Program-made: the position numbers and the translations under genes
Notes under the pieces: generated by a model
Databases searched by the model: none
What the model was told of the DNA's origin: nothing
Seen by the model: the letters and a program-made list of their open reading frames with translations, nothing else
Shown here: positions 36,645 through 42,297 of the stretch, one piece after another
Layout: every line of letters starts with the position of its first letter
Position numbering within the stretch: position 1 is the stretch's first letter
Virus genome (UHGV): UHGV-1359479
Reading direction: 5' to 3' (one strand)
Length of the DNA: 42,297 nt
DNA from: a virus

Positions 36645-37115
36645 TGGCAACTACGAATCATGATTTACAGGAAACGATTGAATTGGCAGTAAAACTTGCC
36701 GTTCAGCAGGCAAAACTTGATATGTGTCCCATTGGTAAAATTTGGCCCACCTTCGGTGATGAAAACCCTGCTGATGTAGTGGGGGGGGGTATGGGAGAAA
36801 CTGAAGACGTATCATCTGCAGTGCTCTGACGATAAGCACACTGCTGGTGATATTATAGAGGCTGGACTGCCTAACATAAAAAGTGAGGGAGGCCCCCACG
36901 TGTACCAATACACACCTGGTGGCGGTTCGGCTAGTCTTAATTCAGGATGCCTTACATGGAGCAGCAACGGCGGCGGCGTCAACACTGACAACTATTCAAA
37001 CACGGGTTCGGGTAAGTTTTATATAGACGCATCAAAATCAAACGCAATTTATGGCAAATCAGATACAGTACAGCCATATAGTATTGTGCTGAATGTATGG
37101 AGAAGAATTGAATGA
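36644..37115 (+). CDS. phase-variable gene copy 2. A 61-aa N-terminal ORF (36644-36829) contains a G9 tract (36781-36789). The downstream frame is open over 36780-37115. A one-G deletion would fuse them into a ~157-aa protein.
   Basis: Frames were checked by hand. It is paralogous to copy 1 (WxKL...LQCxDDxHxAG...EAGLPxI ... VWRRIE). Confidence 0.55.
36781..36789 (+). repeat. G9 homopolymer, a slippage switch
   Basis: Seen in the sequence. Confidence 0.9.
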
Positions 37116-37570
37116 AAGATATAACTGATACAATTAATCTACTTATAAAGCATATTGCGAACATCGACTCTAAAACCGTACACCTTGACGGTGCAGAGAC
37201 TGTAACAGGCGACAAGGCCTTCACGGGTGGCGTTACTGTGGGCGGGTATGAGCCGGAATGCGTAGTGGATAAAGGCGAGGGCTACATACGGTATAGTAGT
37301 GGGTTGCAAATGTGTTTTGGCGATGTAGCAGCGATAAAAGCGGCAAATGTTAACAACGCAAATGTTACAATTGCATACGCAAAACCTTTTACCCGCGTTG
37401 CATCTGTGCAGTTAACAAGCAAACAATTCAATTATTACAGTAGTTTTGCACATAGAGTTGAGACAGATACAAACAATATTAATTGTGATTGGTGGACAGA
37501 TAACTCCAACATTATGGCGGTAGCTATAACCTGCTACGGGTTTTATCTGGCTATCGGTTTTTGGAAATAA
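37112..37570 (+). CDS. AT-rich tail-fibre-locus protein, 152 aa
   Basis: The LDGAETVTGDKAFTGGVTV motif is shared with other fibre-locus proteins. Confidence 0.5.
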   Translation: MKDITDTINLLIKHIANIDSKTVHLDGAETVTGDKAFTGGVTVGGYEPECVVDKGEGYIRYSSGLQMCFGDVAAIKAANVNNANVTIAYAKPFTRVASVQLTSKQFNYYSSFAHRVETDTNNINCDWWTDNSNIMAVAITCYGFYLAIGFWK

Positions 37571-37583
37571 AGAGGTATCAGTC

Positions 37584-39395
37584 ATGGCGGCGGATTTCGC
37601 GAAACCGAATCTTGGTAACAAAATAAAAACAGACGTCCCGGGTATTTTTGATATTCTCCAGACACTTGCCACAGGCGCGCTGTCCGGGACGATAAACACC
37701 CCAACCGGTGCGCTTAATTTTTATGTAGACGGCAACAATAACTTAAAAATCCAGAGACTGGACGCTAGCGGGGCGTGGGTAGATATACCCCAGCTCAAAA
37801 ATGATGCAGATACGGTAGACGGATACCACGCTTCCACCAGCACCACCAAGAGCACAATCCCCGTCAGGGACAGCAACGGCAATCTTCCAGGCTCCATCAC
37901 GGGTAACGCGCCCACGGCCACCAAGGCGCAGCAGCTTACGGATGTAAACCCCGTAGCCATGGGCGGAACGGGAGCGTCCACGGCCGCTGACGCACGAACG
38001 AACCTTGGCGTGCCGCCTATCAGCCACGCGTCCGTAGCCACCACCTATGGCGTCTCCACAGATAAGGCCTATGGCCACGCGAAGGCTACGGGCACGACGC
38101 CCAAAAAAGACAGTCTGGCAGGAACAGTGGGGAACGAGACGTCCACCTTCGCCCGAGGGGATCATCAGCATCCCCGTGCAGTCTTCTTCGGGACATGCAC
38201 GACGGCACTCGATACGCCCGCCAAGGTAGTATCCATCCCCGACTTCATTCCGTCTGAAGGGGCCTTCGCCCTCATCAGGTACATCCCCGAGGCCACCCGC
38301 ACGGTGACGACCAAGGCGGAAGACGGCACAGAGACGACTTCCACTCTGACGCTGAAGGCGACATCAGACCCGCTCACGCTCTCGGTGAATGCCGGGACAG
38401 CGCTCCCCATCCGGACATCCGGAGGGCAGGTCATCGGCACGGAGCTTATCTCCGGAGGCACGTATCTTTTTGTGTACGCGGGGGACGCGTACCTCTACGC
38501 AGGAGGAACCAAGCTCGCGAATGAACCGGCTGGGGCAGTTCTCTCCGATCTGACGAAGGGGACTGCTCCGGATACGCTACGGGCGCCATCCATCGCCGTG
38601 TACGACAAGACCGGAGCGGAGATCGGAACGCTGACCCTCAAAGTCGGCACAGATAACTCCACATCCCTGTCCCTAAACGTCCACCCCGGCACCGAGGCCG
38701 GCTCCCCCACACAGACTGGCACGATCGAGGTCGGCTACGACGCCTCCGGTTCAGTGTACACAGCGGCCCCGACCCCTGCCACGCAAGACAAATCTACGAA
38801 GATCGCCACCACCGAGTATGTCAATGACAACGCCTGCATGCTATACGGCGATCAGACCATCGCCGGAGCCAAAACTTACGCGTCCCCGCTGACCTGCACG
38901 GATCTCATCTCGGGAAAAAGACTCACCCTTAACAACGGCGTAAACAGCAACCTGGATTTCTGCGCTAACAACGTGACTTCCGGCGGCGCTTATCTTGCAG
39001 GCAGTTCCATGGCCAGTAATACATGGAAACAGATTGCCCTGCTGGAGGATGCTGAGTCCGTGGCCACATCGAAAGCCGCGGCATGGTCGCGCGACAGACA
39101 GATGGCTCCGGACGGAACCAAGTGGGGCTTCGATTCGGATACGACCTACACGGCGCCGAATAACGGATTTATCAGGATCGAGGACGTGAATCGGCATAAT
39201 ACCGTGAACACCTATGTGCTGAACATCAATGGCGGCGTAGCGATGCGCGTTACAGCGTCAGGGTATGGATCGGGCGGCCAGCATGGCGGGATCGACGTGT
39301 GCTACCCCATACGTGGCGGATGGACGTACAGCGTATGGCGCGAAGCTGGTGACAGCTGGCCTAACTGTATGGAGTTTATTCGATGCTACTTCTAG
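37584..39395 (+). CDS. tail fibre protein, 603 aa
   Basis: Thr/Gly/Ala-rich beta-structure repeats in the fibre locus, upstream of the assembly chaperone. Confidence 0.7.
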   Translation: MAADFAKPNLGNKIKTDVPGIFDILQTLATGALSGTINTPTGALNFYVDGNNNLKIQRLDASGAWVDIPQLKNDADTVDGYHASTSTTKSTIPVRDSNGNLPGSITGNAPTATKAQQLTDVNPVAMGGTGASTAADARTNLGVPPISHASVATTYGVSTDKAYGHAKATGTTPKKDSLAGTVGNETSTFARGDHQHPRAVFFGTCTTALDTPAKVVSIPDFIPSEGAFALIRYIPEATRTVTTKAEDGTETTSTLTLKATSDPLTLSVNAGTALPIRTSGGQVIGTELISGGTYLFVYAGDAYLYAGGTKLANEPAGAVLSDLTKGTAPDTLRAPSIAVYDKTGAEIGTLTLKVGTDNSTSLSLNVHPGTEAGSPTQTGTIEVGYDASGSVYTAAPTPATQDKSTKIATTEYVNDNACMLYGDQTIAGAKTYASPLTCTDLISGKRLTLNNGVNSNLDFCANNVTSGGAYLAGSSMASNTWKQIALLEDAESVATSKAAAWSRDRQMAPDGTKWGFDSDTTYTAPNNGFIRIEDVNRHNTVNTYVLNINGGVAMRVTASGYGSGGQHGGIDVCYPIRGGWTYSVWREAGDSWPNCMEFIRCYF

Positions 39396-39859
39396 CTGCC
39401 GGCTGTCCGGCCACCGGGAAAAGCCACTACGCACGCATACTCCTTTCTGGGATCAGGGTTATCGAGTTCGACGAGTGGGCATGCATGTGGTACGGCGTTC
39501 CATTCGTTGATGCTATGGACAAGTATTCTGCTGAATATCCTAAAAGTCAGCATGAATATTTCAATGAGATAGGTATCCAATACCTACAATATGGAGATAT
39601 TGTTGTGTGTGATACATTCACATACAGGAAAGACAGGTTAGATTTTTTGGAATACATGAATGCAAAATTCAATATTCCAAAGAATAAAATATGTATTAAA
39701 TATCTAGTTTCGGCATATCCTTTGATAAAAAAGCGCAATCAGGAACGTAAAACTGTCCTTCCAGAGAATGTTCTTCTCACAATGTACTACAATCAGCAGT
39801 ACCCCGTCGCCGATGAAGGCTTCGGTAAAGTGGAGATAGTATCAAATGAGTATCAATAA
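39383..39859 (+). CDS. T4 Pnk-like polynucleotide 5'-kinase domain protein (P-loop only, no phosphatase domain); AT-rich moron
   Basis: Walker A is GCPATGKSH, against T4 Pnk GCPGSGKST. IVVCDTFTYRKDRLDF matches VIISDTNLNPERRLAW, and LPENVLLTMY matches VPIDVLRSMY. Confidence 0.55.
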   Translation: MLLLAAGCPATGKSHYARILLSGIRVIEFDEWACMWYGVPFVDAMDKYSAEYPKSQHEYFNEIGIQYLQYGDIVVCDTFTYRKDRLDFLEYMNAKFNIPKNKICIKYLVSAYPLIKKRNQERKTVLPENVLLTMYYNQQYPVADEGFGKVEIVSNEYQ

Positions 39860-40325
39860 CATTCAGGATATGGAATCCGCGGCGGAGTCTTATCCGGCCG
39901 CGATGTTCGCTCATGACACGGTCTACCTGAAGATCATGAGTGACGGCACTGTCCGGGCTCTCGCCGATAAAGCCACGGTGAATGCTCCTGTAGAGTACGG
40001 CGGGGGCGGCGGCTCATACGATATGGAAATATCTACAGAAACATGGAAGGAAAGCGAATATACCGCCCGCGTCCGCAACGGGAAAATCGTCCTCGGGAAG
40101 ACTCAGGATGAGAAGCAGTCAGAGTGGGAAGCGGCCATCAGGGCGGAGCGGGATCGCCGTCTCCGCCTGTGCGACAAGATGTCCCCCATGCGCTGGAACG
40201 TCCTTACAGAGGAAGAGCGCGCTACGTGGGCGGCGTATCGTCAGGCGCTTCTCGATATCCCCGAGCAGGACGGGTTCCCGTGGGGCGGGGTGGTGGATAG
40301 CGCGCCATGGCCGGAGATCCCGTAA
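39846..40325 (+). CDS. tail fibre assembly chaperone (Caudo_TAP-like)
   Basis: The C-terminal pattern is RATWAAYRQALLDIPEQDGFPWGGVVDSAPWPEIP. Confidence 0.6.
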   Translation: MSINNIQDMESAAESYPAAMFAHDTVYLKIMSDGTVRALADKATVNAPVEYGGGGGSYDMEISTETWKESEYTARVRNGKIVLGKTQDEKQSEWEAAIRAERDRRLRLCDKMSPMRWNVLTEEERATWAAYRQALLDIPEQDGFPWGGVVDSAPWPEIP

Positions 40326-40333
40326 AACATAAA

Positions 40334-40364
40334 AGCCCTTTGGGGTATCCCAATGGGCTTTTTT
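40334..40364 (+). terminator. rho-independent terminator of the rightward late transcript
   Basis: The hairpin GCCCTTTGGGG..CCCAATGGGC is followed by T6. Confidence 0.6.
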
Positions 40365-40403
40365 ATAAAAAATTCCCCGGCAGAAGTGCGTGACCTCTGC
40401 CGG
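40365..40403 (-). terminator. rho-independent terminator of the leftward transcript, convergent with the plus-strand terminator
   Basis: A hairpin with an 8-bp stem, CCGGCAGA/TCTGCCGG (40377-40403), is followed on the minus strand by a U-rich run. Confidence 0.5.
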
Positions 40404-40470
40404 GCTGTGCGGCGGTCTCTCCGGTCTGCACCTGACGCTTGGTGCATCGTGGTGCAAAATTTTGTTTAAG

Positions 40471-40680
40471 TTACTGAATTAATTTAAAAGTCCATGCTCC
40501 ACTGCGGATGAGGGCCGCCGCACTCTCAGCAGATATCGTTTTTCTGCGGACAGGTCTACGGGTGGCAGTCACCTCGAGGATGTCGTCCTGCCTGGCTTCG
40601 AGGCGTTCAATGGCCTTCTTGTGCTCGATAATCTCCAACCGGATTTTCCGCAGCTCGGTAATTTCACTCACTCCGTCCAT
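40471..40680 (-). CDS. hypothetical small protein, ~69 aa, with an internal start of a longer ORF
   Basis: The start is coupled to the upstream gene stop. Confidence 0.35.
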   Translation of the reverse strand: MDGVSEITELRKIRLEIIEHKKAIERLEARQDDILEVTATRRPVRRKTISAESAAALIRSGAWTFKLIQ

Positions 40681-41174
40681 ATGCCCTCCAGTTTCGGATT
40701 CTTCCTTGGCGAGGCGTGGCAGTGCCAGATGCGGGCGGCTTCTTCGGCCTCTGCCTGATGGGTCAGGTAGAGACGGTCCGAGGTGAGGCCGATGATATGC
40801 TTCACCTTCAGCCAGAGCTCCGGCCTCTTCTTCCATGACCCTCCGTAGTAGAGGGCATCGGCGTAGGCCTCATCCCCAAGGAACCACATCACGCACCACG
40901 CGGAGTAGGCCTCGACCCGCGTCTGGCTGTGCGCGGCGTCATAAGCATCTATGGCGTCGGCGGCCGCCTCACACGCGGCCTTCATGTCACGGCGCTCTCC
41001 AGCGGTGAAGGCTCCGACCTCCAGAAGTCCCTGTATCTCCATGAGGGCCTTCTGCACCTCGATGAGGCGGGCCGGCTTCTTCTTCCAGTCTGGATACTTC
41101 TCGAGGGCGACAAGCGGGAAAGACACGCCTATGCAGCAGTCGCGGTGAGCGATGGAGTTACCTGGGCATCTCAT
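40668..41174 (-). CDS. hypothetical protein, 168 aa
   Basis: ORF in the leftward operon. Confidence 0.45.
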   Translation of the reverse strand: MRCPGNSIAHRDCCIGVSFPLVALEKYPDWKKKPARLIEVQKALMEIQGLLEVGAFTAGERRDMKAACEAAADAIDAYDAAHSQTRVEAYSAWCVMWFLGDEAYADALYYGGSWKKRPELWLKVKHIIGLTSDRLYLTHQAEAEEAARIWHCHASPRKNPKLEGIWTE

Positions 41175-41427
41175 CGCGTCCTCCCTGCATCTTCATGGCC
41201 TCAGCTACGAGGGCTGATATGGCCGTCTCCATAGCCTTCCTTGTATCCATCCCCCCTTCGAGGATGGCCATCAGGGCGTGAGTGAAGTTCTGTGCTATCA
41301 GTCTGTAGTCCATCCCTTCCGGTATGTAAGTGAAGACTCTTCCCTCATCCATGGCTATGACAGCCCTCTGCCTTTTCTTGTCGTTGATGTAGGGCCATAC
41401 GGCCCGCGCCAGCTCCTTCGCTGTCAT
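41158..41427 (-). CDS. hypothetical protein, ~89 aa, with an ATGA overlap onto the RdgC-like stop
   Basis: ORF. Confidence 0.4.
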   Translation of the reverse strand: MTAKELARAVWPYINDKKRQRAVIAMDEGRVFTYIPEGMDYRLIAQNFTHALMAILEGGMDTRKAMETAISALVAEAMKMQGGRDEMPR

Positions 41428-42297
41428 GCCAGCACCTCCCCCATCCACTTCATCATCTCACCCGTCGTCTTCTTCCACTTGTCCTCGTCGAGCCGGAGGC
41501 CGAGGAACTGACGGTAGAGGCTGTCCAGGAGGGTAACGGCGGTTTCGATGAGAAAGGCCTTTTCCAGGAAGAGCGCATCCGGATCATCATCACGGTCGGG
41601 TTTGTCAATCTTGGGTGTCTTCAGGCTGTTGAGGGAAAAGTCAGCGGCCTTCACGGAAACATCGAACCCGAAGTCGTCCTTTGTGAGATGGATGAGGGCG
41701 CTGGTGACCTTCTTGCCGCGGCGGAGTCCGAGGCGGGCCTCCAGCAGAGAATCGCCCGGGACCCACGTCGCCATGGACGTGGTTTCCCGATCGGTCCCGC
41801 AAAAGCCGGTCACGGTCACGCGCTTTTCCATGGAAACCTGAAAGGGCTGGGCGTTGCCAGCGCGGAAAAATGTCGAGACGACATCTGACCTGAACCAGAG
41901 CCAGGTGAGGAAGTCTCGTCCCAGGCTTCCGTCGAAGGACTCATCCACTTCGTCGGCGTCGTGGATAGCCTCTTCGGACTCTTTCCCGAGCATGGACAGT
42001 GCCAGATACCTCGGGATTTGCTGCTCAATGTGCAGCTTGAAGGTGGCGAGAAAGCGCTGGACAAAGAGCTCGAGCATTTTTGTCTGCGTGGAGGCGAACC
42101 AGATTTCGTTGTTCTCGGTGTTCCAGATGACGTTGAACTCTCCGGGCACGGGCAGAAAGCGCCTGCGCAGGGAAAGCTGCACCTGTTCCTTCAGTTCTTT
42201 GCGGCGTTCGCGGGAAATGAATTTCTTCCCGTTCTTCTCGTTTTCCGCCTTTTCCCGCTTCAGCGCGAGATCGAGGTACTTGCGGACAACGCCCGCG
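41424..42297 (-). CDS. rdgC: RdgC-like recombination-associated protein, C-terminal part. It is open to the window edge, with no stop upstream of the listed Met.
   Basis: The C-terminal segment DALFLEKAFLIETAVTLLDSLYRQFLGL resembles the RdgC C-terminus. The frame continues to 42297 and joins 251..1. Confidence 0.5.
   Translation of the reverse strand, partial: AGVVRKYLDLALKREKAENEKNGKKFISRERRKELKEQVQLSLRRRFLPVPGEFNVIWNTENNEIWFASTQTKMLELFVQRFLATFKLHIEQQIPRYLALSMLGKESEEAIHDADEVDESFDGSLGRDFLTWLWFRSDVVSTFFRAGNAQPFQVSMEKRVTVTGFCGTDRETTSMATWVPGDSLLEARLGLRRGKKVTSALIHLTKDDFGFDVSVKAADFSLNSLKTPKIDKPDRDDDPDALFLEKAFLIETAVTLLDSLYRQFLGLRLDEDKWKKTTGEMMKWMGEVLA

Larger units (their letters stand above)
1..42297. 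mobile_element. Complete lambdoid/HK97-like temperate siphovirus genome, circular or circularly permuted. Contains a CI/Cro switch, two replication modules, a lysis cassette, an HK97-type head and a lambda-type tail.
   Basis: Gene content and order come from the six-frame ORFs. Divergent transcription starts at 5716-5802 and convergent terminators sit at 40334-40403. The RdgC-like ORF on the minus strand runs off the right edge and continues in frame at the left edge. Confidence 0.75.

Noticed and set aside
40438-40470. A dif-like XerCD site, GGTGCATCGTGGTGCAAAATTTTG.
   Set aside because: Only GGTGC plus a few positions match the XerC arm of canonical dif, and the central and XerD arms do not match. 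It is retained only as a weak speculation in the findings.

Overview
The window reads as one complete, GC-rich, lambdoid temperate siphovirus genome of about 42.3 kb. It has an HK97-type head and a lambda-type tail, and is written linearly from an arbitrary cut point. An RdgC-like gene on the minus strand runs off the right end of the window and continues in frame at the left end, which argues for a circular or circularly permuted molecule. Two transcription units diverge from a CI/Cro switch at 5083-6030 and converge on back-to-back terminators at about 40334-40403.

The leftward arm carries PL, RecT with a PD-(D/E)XK exonuclease, small hypothetical genes and the RdgC-like gene. The rightward arm carries Cro and then two paralogous replication modules. 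Each module has a replisome-organiser protein with internal iterons and its own SSB. The modules are separated by a recombination junction and a small cargo cassette that contains a DUF4258-like toxin-like gene. Downstream come a VRR-NUC nuclease, GcrA-like regulators, nucleotide-metabolism genes, an orphan Dam-like methyltransferase, a Lar-like protein and a lysis cassette. The lysis cassette has a GH108 endolysin, overlapping i- and o-spanins and a holin. The packaging and structural genes follow. They are an HNH endonuclease, a P27-type TerS, a TerL with a mini-intein in its P-loop, a portal, a prohead protease and an HK97-fold capsid protein. After these come the connector and tail genes, G/GT chaperones with a -1 frameshift site, a tape measure, M-, K- and a fused I-J-like protein, and a long tail-fibre locus ending in a tail-fibre assembly chaperone.

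No integrase, excisionase or partition gene was found. Several AT-rich, moron-like insertions stand out against the GC-rich background. The first is a membrane protein in the rex position downstream of cI with its own terminator. The second is a twin cassette in the tail-fibre locus whose two genes are each interrupted by a G8 or G9 tract. The third is a T4 Pnk-like kinase-domain gene wedged between the tail fibre and its chaperone. The fourth is a secreted small protein encoded antisense inside the tail operon. The last is a small membrane protein next to the Lar-like gene.
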